Below, piece by piece: positions 1 through 8,961 of a stretch of DNA of 64,000 nt. The stretch comes from Gammaproteobacteria bacterium (GTDB taxonomy: Bacteria > Pseudomonadota > Gammaproteobacteria > Eutrophobiales > Eutrophobiaceae), in the NCBI GenBank assembly GCA_965222155.1, contig CBDCTH010000012.1:2272001-2336000 (forward strand). The letters are read 5' to 3'. The translations under genes and the position numbers were made by a program. Below the pieces are notes generated by a model that was not told where the DNA came from, did not search any database, and saw only the letters and a list, made by a program, of their open reading frames with translations. Numbering within the stretch: the stretch's first letter is position 1; each line of letters starts with the position of its first letter.

Positions 1-351
1 GACTTAATGACAATATCAATAAGGATAGCAAATATACACTTCGCATTTTTTGGTTCATTAGACCACTTACAACCTGCTTCCTATTAGTTGCAAACCAATC
101 TCTTCCCAAAAGTCCCTTTACCGCTGGTGGGGCAAGTAGTACAACACTCTTCATATCCTTTATCACCGTCAATTCCGGCTTCCCAATAACGGGAATCCGT
201 TTTACCTCCATAGCAGACCAACCACTGCGGGATGCAGGATAATCGGTGTGTATAGTGGTCGACAGGTCCATAGGTATCGTCTTATCGCTGGCGGTAAATT
301 CGTGATCAGCAATGTCTCCCACCGTTGGCGCCCGATTGGCTGGTCCCGTGA

Positions 352-1140
352 CTACCACCACCCCATCGCTTGACAGTCGCTATAGATTCGCCTGACGTTG
401 TTGTATAGTTCGTCATGTATGCGATTGCGGGCGGGGTCGCTCGTTCTTTCCCAAAGCATCCTGCAATCATCTGGGTCCACCAAACATCCGTTGTATCTAT
501 CTTTACTCCAGTCGCCACATAAAGGGGCCTGTAATTGACCACATCTCATATTCCTTGGCAACGCTCTCTGTCTTGAGGCTTCTGTAGCTAAAGATTTAAT
601 GTACTGAGCTACAGTAATGAATTGATCTCTTGAGTTTCTGAAGCGCTCCTCATACTTCTGATAACTCAGATCTTCAAGGATGCTAGCGCATTGTGCATTG
701 CGCTTCTTAACTGTATTAGCCTTAGCATCCGTTGTGTCCTTAGTATCCCTTGTGTCCCTGGCATAGTTGTCGTCTTTCGCGCACTTGGAAACTTCAATTC
801 GGCAGTTGTCGTTCCCAGCTCTACTACATTCTGCAATCGCCTTACGTTCAGCCTCAGGTATTGATTTACCCCCCGCGGCACCATAGCCATTATTACTGCC
901 GATAGCTAATGAACCGCAGGCGTTTTGAAACCAATTGACTTCTTTGCAATCTCTGCCCTCATGCCGACGACATTCGCTGATGGCTCTTTTTCTGGCCTCA
1001 GAGTAGTTGCTATAGCTCCAAGCTATCCCCCAAGCATAGCCGCCATCGGTTTTCTGACTGAAGACTATCGAACCATAGCTCGCATCAGCCTGTACGTATT
1101 CCAAACCCAGCACAAGGGTAACGATGCTAAAGACAGCTAA
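352..1140 (-). pseudogene. DUF4189-domain secreted protein, 5' end removed by IS1634
   Basis: Tandem DUF4189-type motifs (YGSIVFS..WGIAWSY..ARKRAISEC..C..WFQNACGSLA..AERKAIAEC..CRIEVSKC). The frame stays open upstream of the GTG at 1113 as LAVFSIVTLVLGLEYVQA (signal-peptide h-region) right up to the IS end at 1140/1141, with no ATG. It might still be translated from GTG 1113. Confidence 0.7.
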
Positions 1141-1246
1141 CCCAAGTTTAACACCCCTATTTATAAGTTCTTATTATTCAATCAGTTAGAATTGATAAAT
1201 TTGGCTTCTGGCACTACAAAGCGCCCTTTGCCGGTCAGTTAACGTA

Positions 1247-3052
1247 TCACACCACCGTCTTTTGCGTACCGCCAGGGTTCTCCTCGATGCCCAATAGCCT
1301 GTAGAGGGCCTGCTGCTCGGCTTCCGGGCGCGTGGCCTTGCGTACATGCAGGGTACGCCGGTCGGCACACCGGAAGGTGGCGGTCACCCGCTGCTGTCCC
1401 CCCAGCAGACGGCGCAAGGTAGACCAACTGGCCGTTTCCCCGTGCGCCCGCAGCCGCCGGCGGATAGTTTGCACCGCCTGATAGGCCAACACGGTGATGA
1501 ACAGGTGCCCCTCGGCGCGTGGCGGCGTCTGGTGACACACCGGACGCAGACCCAACTCCGATTTCAGGGAGCGGAACACGGCCTCCAGGTCGGTCAGCAG
1601 GGTATAGGTACGCCAGAGCGTCTCCGCATCCCAGTCAGTCAGGTTGCTACGCAGGCAATACACCCCGGGATGCGTCAGCAGGGAACCGTCATGGGGCCGC
1701 CGCTGCCAGGTGATGGACGCGGTCTGCTTGCCGCGGGAGTCGGGCGTTACCGTAATGTCGTAATGCGGTGCCATCCCCCGACTCGTCTCACGCAACCGAC
1801 CGAGGCGTTGGTGGATGCTGTTCAAGCCCTTGCGGGTACGCGGCCGCGCCAGCCCGTCGGCCAGGCGTTGCAGGCCGGCCTCGAAACGTTGTTGGAAGCG
1901 GGCCGCCATGGCGTTCTCCTTCTCGGCCCGTGCGGCCGAATAACAGTACAAGCGGGTCTCGTCCTCGCCCTGTTCCCGATGCAGTTGCAACGGCTGCCCG
2001 GCGGCGGTGTCAATCGTCACGGCCTGCTCCAGGTCAAATTGGCGGTGTCGGGCACGGCTCACCACCAGGTAACGGTAGCCCTGCTCACGCAGCCAGGTGA
2101 TGTTGGCCTCAGTGGCAATCCCCCGGTCCATGACCACCAAGGCCCCCGTCGGCGCTGCTAACGCCGTCAGCATGGCCGCCAGGGTACGGTCTTCCCGGAC
2201 AGTACCGGCAAATACCTGGGAGCGTCGTACAAAGCCACTGCCGTCCAGCACCAGCCCCAAGGTCAGCAACGGACAGTCACTGCGTGTCTCCTTCGAGTGG
2301 CCGCGGCGCGCCTTCGGCTGTGCCCCGGCCTCCCCCTCGAAGTAGGTGTTGGTCAAGTCATACAGGGTCACGGTGGGGGCTAAGCCGAACAAATCAGTCA
2401 CTTGCCGGAACAGGTGGCGTTCGATGTCGTTCCGGTGTGCCAGCAAGGCGTCCGAGGCACGATACAGTTGCAGGGCGCTCATGGCTTCAAAGTCTACCCC
2501 CAGCAACTCGCCCAGGGCGCTGCGCTGACCCAGCCAGGCATGGGTGGCCCGTTCCGACCCCGGTGCCGCCAGGCGCCCGATGATTGACCCCAGTGCGGCG
2601 GCCTGTTGCGGCCCGGTCAACCCCAGTCGTGCCAGCAAGGCCGGCACGCCCAGTTGCTGCAAGGCCCACAGGCCTACCGCTTCCACCCCCACCGAGCGTG
2701 GCCGCAGCAGGGCCAGGGAATCGACGGCCACCCGGTGCAGCACCTCCTCGGGGGACGCCGCGACGGGGGGCGCCGGGGCGCGGGCCAGCAGTTGGGCGGC
2801 GCTGCGTTGCGCTTCGGTTTCCACCGCCGCCGGACAATCCGGATCAAGCAAATCGGCCTGGCCGGCCAGCCAGTGCTCGATGCGGGCACAGAGCATCGGC
2901 CAGTGGGCCCGGTCGATATCGTAGTGACTGCCGAGGTTGAGCAGGGTGCGTTGGCGGACTTTCTCCCCTATGCGTTCGGTGCGCACCAGGCGGTAGGTGA
3001 AATACTTCTGGCCGGTGTCGGTATGACGGGTACGGGTGCGACGGATGAACAG
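1247..3052 (-). CDS. IS1634-family transposase
   Basis: Motifs FIRRT..YRLV..R.G.KVRQRTLLNLG, LYDLTNTYFEG, GHSKE.R.DCPL, VMDRG, E.VFRSLKSELGLRP. The family-typical FIRRT N-terminus is preceded by CTG at 3052; the ORF track starts at TTG 3088. Confidence 0.92.
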   Translation of the reverse strand: MFIRRTRTRHTDTGQKYFTYRLVRTERIGEKVRQRTLLNLGSHYDIDRAHWPMLCARIEHWLAGQADLLDPDCPAAVETEAQRSAAQLLARAPAPPVAASPEEVLHRVAVDSLALLRPRSVGVEAVGLWALQQLGVPALLARLGLTGPQQAAALGSIIGRLAAPGSERATHAWLGQRSALGELLGVDFEAMSALQLYRASDALLAHRNDIERHLFRQVTDLFGLAPTVTLYDLTNTYFEGEAGAQPKARRGHSKETRSDCPLLTLGLVLDGSGFVRRSQVFAGTVREDRTLAAMLTALAAPTGALVVMDRGIATEANITWLREQGYRYLVVSRARHRQFDLEQAVTIDTAAGQPLQLHREQGEDETRLYCYSAARAEKENAMAARFQQRFEAGLQRLADGLARPRTRKGLNSIHQRLGRLRETSRGMAPHYDITVTPDSRGKQTASITWQRRPHDGSLLTHPGVYCLRSNLTDWDAETLWRTYTLLTDLEAVFRSLKSELGLRPVCHQTPPRAEGHLFITVLAYQAVQTIRRRLRAHGETASWSTLRRLLGGQQRVTATFRCADRRTLHVRKATRPEAEQQALYRLLGIEENPGGTQKTVV

Positions 3053-3059
3053 GGGGGGT

Positions 3060-3088
3060 AGGATAGCGGACGGGGGAAGGCACGTCAA
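3060..3088 (-). promoter_or_regulatory. Putative sigma70 promoter of the transposase
   Basis: Minus strand TTGACG (3088-3083), 17-nt spacer, TATCCT (3065-3060); 7 nt separate it from the CTG codon. Confidence 0.55.
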
Positions 3089-3259
3089 GAGACAAATATA
3101 ATATTATGGCACTACATTTGCTAAACTCCCCCACCTCACCATGAAAAATCAATCACTTACCGGCAGTTGCAGGTGAAAATCAGCCAAAATCAACCAAAAT
3201 TCGGGGGGTTGGTGTTAAACTTGGGTTAGCGAGAACTGCTGCGGATTTAGTACATATGA

Positions 3260-3273
3260 CAGGGCGAACGCAT
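3260..3273. mobile_element. Isolated ISAs1-like terminal inverted repeat
   Basis: CAGGGCGAACGCAT resembles ISAs1-family ends and the CAGGGCAAGATCAT end at 52581-52568. No transposase is adjacent. Confidence 0.35.
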
Positions 3274-3392
3274 ACTTTAGAATCCAGGTTATCGTCGTTC
3301 TGGCAATGGCAGTTCCACCCCGTGGCCCGGCCCAAAGTACCGCCTGAAAACCTCCGAAGGTTTTGTATGGCTGTCCGATTTCTCGCGCCATT

Positions 3393-3524
3393 CTCAATGT
3401 GAACTTTGAATCCCTGGAAGCGAAATTCGACTCCCTGGGAGTAAAACTCAACTTTCTATTCGCCTTGATTGGTCTGTTAGTGGTATTGGGTCTTATCCCG
3501 ATCATAGGCCCGTTGTTGGGCTGA
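3393..3524 (+). pseudogene. 3' fragment paralogous to the coiled-coil gene at 5188-5514
   Basis: High nucleotide identity to 5341-5514 (LNVNFESLEAKFDSLGVKLNFLFALIGLLVVLGLIPIIGPLLG*), two fewer 21-bp units, 5' half absent. Confidence 0.8.
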
Positions 3525-3529
3525 CCGCA

Positions 3530-4681
3530 CTATTTTCTCGGCTCGACGGCATAACGTTCCTGCATGTAGGTCATCAGACTCGGGATGCCCGGCTGCCAAA
3601 TATCATCGGCCTCCGGCGGATTCCAGACGTAGCCCAGCTTACCAATCTGTTTCCGGCAGTGGTCGGTTTGTGTAGCCCCAGTGCCGGGTGGCAAGGCAGC
3701 GGCAATGACTGTATCCAACTCATGTTCTCTCATGGCCTCGGTACCGGCAAAGGCTTCAGCCACCCAGGCCGCCACATTCAATAACGATTTGTCCTTGAGT
3801 TCGCCGTAGCGATACCTGTAATAAGTCGTTCTTTTTCGGTTCACCTGCTCCCCGGCCCGGGCTACCATAGTATCATCAATCCGGGGAGTGCCCTCAGCCC
3901 GGGATGTTTCCCACAGGGCATCGCCCCATAGTTGCAGGAAATAAGGATAACGCTGGCTGTCTTCCACTACGCTATCCAGCGCCGTACCTTCCAGGCTGAT
4001 GCCCGCCTCGCTCAATGGTTTCACCAGCGCCTCGGCAGCGGCTGTCTTGTTCAAGCGCCCAACTCCCACTTTCTCGGCCCGGTCCCAGAAGGTGGCGGAC
4101 ATTGTATTCAGATGGTCGGGCAGGTCGGGGGTACCAGCCATGACCAGGAGAAAAGGTGCCTCCGCCCTGACTTTCTGGCTGGCGTTCAACAGGGCACGGC
4201 CCACATCCTTAGCCAGCGTATGCGCCTCGTCCAACAACAATACCAAGGGCTGAATTTGACAACGCGCCACCAACAGCTTTGTGAATGACCCGGAGCGACC
4301 GGCCAGGTCCCAGCTGAATTCGCCACTGACGACGGATACCTTTATGACGGATACCTTTATATGGTCAGGAATACATTCCCCGAAGCGGGTGGGCGGCACC
4401 GTCTCTGTCGCAAGGGCATCCAGAGTCAGGATGTCGTCCGGGGTCAACCAGACCACATCCGGCTGTTTTTTGCCGTTTTTAATATCCCGCTCAAACGAGC
4501 GCAGCAGCGCCGTCTTGCCGTTGCCGCGGGGGGCGGTCAGTATCACGTTAGCCGGGACGCCCCGGCCGATGTTCAGATATGACAGATATTTGTTCAGTAC
4601 CGCCTGTTCGGTCTCTCTACCGGCCAGGAACGGTGGCACCAGGCCATCACCGGGGACAAACGGATTACCAGTTAGTGTCAT
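3530..4681 (-). CDS. AAA ATPase / ATP-binding protein (AAA_16-like)
   Basis: NPFVPG..PPFLAGRETE N-terminus, Walker A APRGNGKT, Walker B LLLDEAH, YPYFLQLWG motif. Confidence 0.85.
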   Translation of the reverse strand: MTLTGNPFVPGDGLVPPFLAGRETEQAVLNKYLSYLNIGRGVPANVILTAPRGNGKTALLRSFERDIKNGKKQPDVVWLTPDDILTLDALATETVPPTRFGECIPDHIKVSVIKVSVVSGEFSWDLAGRSGSFTKLLVARCQIQPLVLLLDEAHTLAKDVGRALLNASQKVRAEAPFLLVMAGTPDLPDHLNTMSATFWDRAEKVGVGRLNKTAAAEALVKPLSEAGISLEGTALDSVVEDSQRYPYFLQLWGDALWETSRAEGTPRIDDTMVARAGEQVNRKRTTYYRYRYGELKDKSLLNVAAWVAEAFAGTEAMREHELDTVIAAALPPGTGATQTDHCRKQIGKLGYVWNPPEADDIWQPGIPSLMTYMQERYAVEPRK

Positions 4682-4737
4682 GCCCGCAAGTATAGCAGGG
4701 TAATCAGGGACTCCTGTAATTGCTGTCGGTTTCTTCA

Positions 4738-4971
4738 GGTGCTCCCGCTAACTCGAGGTCAATACAGTGATTCTTGCCGAAGACAGGGAGGGACAGATTT
4801 AAATCTGTCCCCCAAGTTCCCCTGACCATAAGGGGGCATGTTTCCCTGGGAGGGAGGGCGTCTCGCCCTCCACGAGGGCAGGATGCCCTCGATCCCGGGG
4901 GTTAGTGGGAACTGCTGTTTCTTTTATCAATTCCAGACAGCTTCTTCAAGCCGGACAGCAGTTCCCGCTAA
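4738..4971. repeat. Nested palindromic repeat cluster
   Basis: TCCCGCTAA / TTAGTGGGAACTGCTG / CAGCAGTTCCCGCTAA motifs, palindrome GGGACAGATTTAAATCTGTCCC (4790-4811), and GGAGGGCGTCTCGCCCTCC..GAGGGCAGGATGCCCTC hairpins. Confidence 0.75.
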
Positions 4972-5187
4972 CGCGACATTACGATGTTAATACGGTTGAA
5001 CATAGGGTTGTTGCGCCGGATTAAAATCGTTTTCGGCAAGTGTTATTCCCGGGAACGACTGCAACCCGAACAATGCTGATGACATCCTGGCTGGCTTTGG
5101 GTATACTTGTCATGTCCCTCAGGACACGAAACTGAACGGCGCTTGAAAGCGCTCCCGTTTTTCCGGATGATCAAGGAGGATTGATAA

Positions 5188-5514
5188 ATGAATACCGTGA
5201 TCGATACGTTGCTTTTCTCGGATAAGCTCCGGCAAGGTGGCTTTGCCGTTGAGCAGGCCAATACCCTGGCTCGTGCCCTGGGTGACGAACTTGCTGAGCA
5301 GCTTGTAACAAAGTCCGACTTGAAAACGACTTCTGATACGCTCAATGTGAACTTTGAATCCCTGGAAGCGAAATTTGAGTCCCTGGAAGCAAAATTCGAC
5401 TCCCTCGAAGCAAAATTCGACCCCCTGGAAGTAAAACTCAATTTTCTATTCGCCTTGATAGGCCTGTTGGTGATATTGGGTCTTATCCCGATCATAGGCC
5501 CGTTGTTAAGCTAA
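5188..5514 (+). CDS. CCDC90/DUF1640-like coiled-coil protein with C-terminal TM helix
   Basis: DTL.F..KL..GGF..EQA..L N-terminus, LVTKSDL motif, heptad repeats F(E/D)SLEAK, hydrophobic tail, AGGAGG RBS. Confidence 0.8.
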   Translation: MNTVIDTLLFSDKLRQGGFAVEQANTLARALGDELAEQLVTKSDLKTTSDTLNVNFESLEAKFESLEAKFDSLEAKFDPLEVKLNFLFALIGLLVILGLIPIIGPLLS

Positions 5515-5596
5515 CCACTGAAACAACTGTCTACAACTACCTCGCATGCTCTCAGCAAAGCTGTGGTGTGTCTATTTACAGTGAGGCGGCCTATCT

Positions 5597-6682
5597 GTGG
5601 GAACTGAAAAAATCATTGTTGGCGTCTCGGGTGGAGTCGATTCCTCCGTGGCCGCGTTGCTGCTGCTTGAACAGGACTACGAGGTGGAAGCCCTGTTTAT
5701 GAAGAACTGGGATGAAACCGATGAAACCGGCAGTTGCATCTGGGAAGCCGACGTGGAAGACGCCCTGGCGGTATGTGAAAAACTCCGCATCAGGCTGAAC
5801 ACCGTTGACCTGTCCGAGGCTTACTGGCATCAGGTATTTCAGCAGTTCCTGGACGAATACAGCCGCGGCCGCACCCCCAACCCTGACATTTTATGTAACC
5901 AGGAGATCAAGTTTCACGCCTTTCTCGAACACGCCGCGTTACTGGATGCCACCCGGATCGCAACGGGGCATTATGCGGCCATTCGACAATATGAAGGCCA
6001 ATATCTCCTCTACAAAGGCGCCGACCTGAACAAGGACCAGAGTTATTTCCTGTGCCGGCTGAACCAGGTGCAGTTAGCTCAAAGCCTGTTCCCGCTGGGC
6101 GCCTTGAAAAAGCCTGAAGTGCGCGCCCTGGCAAAAAAACACGGGCTGGCCACCCACGATAAAAAAGACAGCACCGGAATCTGTTTTATCGGTGAACGCC
6201 CGTTCCGCGACTTTCTTAGCCATTACCTCCCCGTACAAACCGGCCCTGTGCACAGCATCGACGGTGTGGACATCGGGGAACACCTGGGGATTCACTTCTA
6301 TACCCTGGGCCAGCGCCAGGGACTGGGCATCGGCGGAGTGAAAGGTTACCCGGAAAAACCCTGGTACGTAGTCGCAAAAGACGTCAAAAATAATGTGCTT
6401 ACGGTTGCCCAGGGGCATGATCACCCAGCCCTGTTCAGCCGCGGCCTGGTAGCTGCAAACCTGAACTGGATAGCAGGAACGCCGACCCTTCCCCTTGATT
6501 GCACCGTAAAAACACGCTACCGCCAGGCTGCTCAGGACTGTACCGTTGAGAATATGGCCGATGACAGGGTCAGGGTAAATTTCGCCCGGCCACAACGAGC
6601 CGTCACTCCGGGTCAATATGCGGTTTTCTACGAACACAACCTGTGCCTGGGCGGCGGGGTCATCGAAACTGCCCTGACCTGA
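5597..6682 (+). CDS. mnmA: tRNA 2-thiouridine(34) synthase
   Basis: SGGVDSS PP-loop, [38 protein letters not shown]. Confidence 0.97.
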   Translation: MGTEKIIVGVSGGVDSSVAALLLLEQDYEVEALFMKNWDETDETGSCIWEADVEDALAVCEKLRIRLNTVDLSEAYWHQVFQQFLDEYSRGRTPNPDILCNQEIKFHAFLEHAALLDATRIATGHYAAIRQYEGQYLLYKGADLNKDQSYFLCRLNQVQLAQSLFPLGALKKPEVRALAKKHGLATHDKKDSTGICFIGERPFRDFLSHYLPVQTGPVHSIDGVDIGEHLGIHFYTLGQRQGLGIGGVKGYPEKPWYVVAKDVKNNVLTVAQGHDHPALFSRGLVAANLNWIAGTPTLPLDCTVKTRYRQAAQDCTVENMADDRVRVNFARPQRAVTPGQYAVFYEHNLCLGGGVIETALT

Positions 6683-6689
6683 TTAGTCG

Positions 6690-8006
6690 TCAAACAGTTT
6701 TTTCTGCAATCCAGTGCGCGGCTGCGCGGTAATACCAGAGCAGGCTCAATGCACGCGCCAGGAAAAATACCATCAGGGCTAACCATAAACCGTGGTTGCC
6801 CAGACCTCCAAGCAGGTACCAGCACGGAAGATAGACGATGAACGTGGAAAACAACATGCCGTTTCTGAGTTCCCTGCCCCTGGTGGCGCCGATGAAAATA
6901 CCATCCAGCAGAAAACACCAGACGGAAATGATCGGTGAGACTATCATCCAGGGTAAATAGAGATACGCAGTTTCCCTGACAGGCGCGATATCCGTCATCA
7001 GATTTACCAGCCAGGTTCCGGCGAGAATAAACAGCAATGAGTACAGGAATGCAACGCCGCCACCCCAGGCCATCACCGAACGGACGGACTCATGAAATTG
7101 CTTATGGTCTTTTGCTCCAACAGCCTTGCCGACCAGGGCTTCGGCGGCATTGGCAAAGCCGTCCAGGCCCAGAGCCACCAACATCTGGAAGTTCAACAGG
7201 ATGGCATTTGCCGCCAGGATCAGTTCACCCTGGTTTGCGCCCTGCCGGGTAAAAAAAGCAAATGCGAAGATCAGGCACATGGTCCTTAAAAAGATATTCT
7301 GGTTCAATACCAGCAAGGCGGTAAAATCCTTCACATCAAAGATAACCGACCTGCGCCAGTGTCCCGGATGCCGTTTCAATTCCCCGTAAATGAAAAGACC
7401 CGCAAGTGCAGAGCCGGAGAACTGTGAGATGACGGAAGCCAGGGCCACCCCGCGTACATCCATATCCAGACCAAACACGAAAATAAAATCGAGAACAATA
7501 TTAAGAATACCGATCAATAAGGTGACATAAAACGTGGCCCGGGCATTTTGCATACCCAACAGCCAACCGACACAAGTCATGTTCAACAATACGGCCGGCG
7601 CTCCCCATACGGCCCAGTAGAAATATACCCCGGCGTTGCTCTTGACGTCCGGGGTGCCACCGATCAGGTCAAGGCCCAGGGTAATAATGGGGGTCTGGAG
7701 TAACAGGATGAAAAAGGCAATGATCACGCCGAGGAAGCAACTGTGTAACAGGACTGATCTGAGACGGTTGGGATTTCCATCTCCCTTGAGTTGGGCAATG
7801 ATGCCCACTGTCCCCATACGAAGAAAACCCATCCCCCAGTACAGGAAACTGAAAATCACGGAAGCCACTGCTACTGCGCCGATATACGCAGGGGTTTCCA
7901 GGTGCCCGACCACTGCCGTATCAACTATCCCCTGCAGGGCAATCGTCAAATTGGACAGGATTAACGGCCCCGCCAGGCGCAGCAGATGAGTATCACGTCC
8001 CGGCAT
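6690..8006 (-). CDS. dinF: MATE family efflux transporter (DinF-like)
   Basis: P.ILSN...LQGIVDTAVVGHL, GFLRMGT, NIVLDFIFV, LDGIFIGAT; about 12 hydrophobic segments. Confidence 0.88.
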   Translation of the reverse strand: MPGRDTHLLRLAGPLILSNLTIALQGIVDTAVVGHLETPAYIGAVAVASVIFSFLYWGMGFLRMGTVGIIAQLKGDGNPNRLRSVLLHSCFLGVIIAFFILLLQTPIITLGLDLIGGTPDVKSNAGVYFYWAVWGAPAVLLNMTCVGWLLGMQNARATFYVTLLIGILNIVLDFIFVFGLDMDVRGVALASVISQFSGSALAGLFIYGELKRHPGHWRRSVIFDVKDFTALLVLNQNIFLRTMCLIFAFAFFTRQGANQGELILAANAILLNFQMLVALGLDGFANAAEALVGKAVGAKDHKQFHESVRSVMAWGGGVAFLYSLLFILAGTWLVNLMTDIAPVRETAYLYLPWMIVSPIISVWCFLLDGIFIGATRGRELRNGMLFSTFIVYLPCWYLLGGLGNHGLWLALMVFFLARALSLLWYYRAAAHWIAEKTV

Positions 8007-8021
8007 GGTTATAAACTGGAT

Positions 8022-8227
8022 TTAACATGGATGCACAGGATAGACAAGATAACAAAAAGCGTTACCCCTTTTGTCCTCTGTTGCCACAAGGCATACACAG
8101 TTGGCGCAGGGGAAATATAGTAAACAGTTTTTAACCCCAAATCACTCGGAGTTCACAGGAAAAAATAGTCGTTTATCTTTATGCCCTCTGAATGGAAAAT
8201 CCTGTCTATCCTGTGCATCCATGTTAA
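8022..8227. repeat. Inverted-repeat element TTAACATGGATGCACAGGATAGACA ... TGTCTATCCTGTGCATCCATGTTAA
   Basis: About 25-bp perfect inverted arms bracketing ~150 bp of AT-rich DNA between dinF and the nitroreductase gene. Confidence 0.8.
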
Positions 8228-8245
8228 TTTTTTGCCGCCTGTCTC

Positions 8246-8851
8246 CTAGCCCTTGTCTACTGAGCCCCATTTCCCGAAAAAAAAGTGTTCGCTGACAGGA
8301 TTACGCTTCCTCGGTGCAAATTCCCTCTCCTGATGTTGTTCCGGCACGGCCTCTCGCGCCAGTTGATAGCCGATGGCGATCATGGCCATTGGCGTATGGT
8401 CGTCCGGTATGCCAAAAACCTGGCTGGATTTATCTGCGTCGAAACCGCCCATCTGGTGGGCCATGAGACCAAGGTCGGTGGCTTGCAGACATACACTGAT
8501 GCCGGCGGCGCCGGTATCGTATTGCGCCCACCTGTTTGGTTCACCGTTATGCTTGAAGCGTTCCACCGCGACCGCAAGGATGAGTACCGGCGCATTCCGG
8601 GCCCAGGTGCGGTTCCCCTCTACCAGGCAGTCGAAGGCTGTGCCCCAGGCCGCTTCGTCCCTGGACCTGTCACAGATAATGAAGTTCCAGGGTTGGGCGC
8701 CGAAACAGGACATGGACCACCTGGCGGCCTCTATACAGGCAGAGAGTTTCTCAGCTTCCACCAGCCGGTCGGGGTCATACGCCACGCCGCTCCAGCGACT
8801 TGCCAACATGTCATTAATGGTAACTTCTGTAATTGCTTTTTTTTCAAACAT
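8246..8851 (-). CDS. Nitroreductase family protein
   Basis: RWS...Y, EAARW..S.FG.QPW.F, YDTGAA, GL.AHQMGGFD, IAIGY. Confidence 0.9.
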   Translation of the reverse strand: MFEKKAITEVTINDMLASRWSGVAYDPDRLVEAEKLSACIEAARWSMSCFGAQPWNFIICDRSRDEAAWGTAFDCLVEGNRTWARNAPVLILAVAVERFKHNGEPNRWAQYDTGAAGISVCLQATDLGLMAHQMGGFDADKSSQVFGIPDDHTPMAMIAIGYQLAREAVPEQHQEREFAPRKRNPVSEHFFFGKWGSVDKG

Positions 8852-8961
8852 GGTATTTTTCCAAAGTTAATCCGAAACTGCTCACCATTATATCGTTTAG
8901 TCGGGCCGCTGGCACGGAATCAAATCAGGAATCAAATCGGGCAAGGGGAACTGTGGAGAAC

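Larger units (their letters stand above)
1141..3225 (-). mobile_element. IS1634-family insertion sequence
   Basis: Terminal inverted repeats CCCAAGTTTAACACC (1141-1155) and GGTGTTAAACTTGGG (3211-3225), extendable to a perfect 20 bp with GCTAA/TTAGC (1136-1140, 3226-3230). They enclose a single DDE transposase. Confidence 0.9.
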
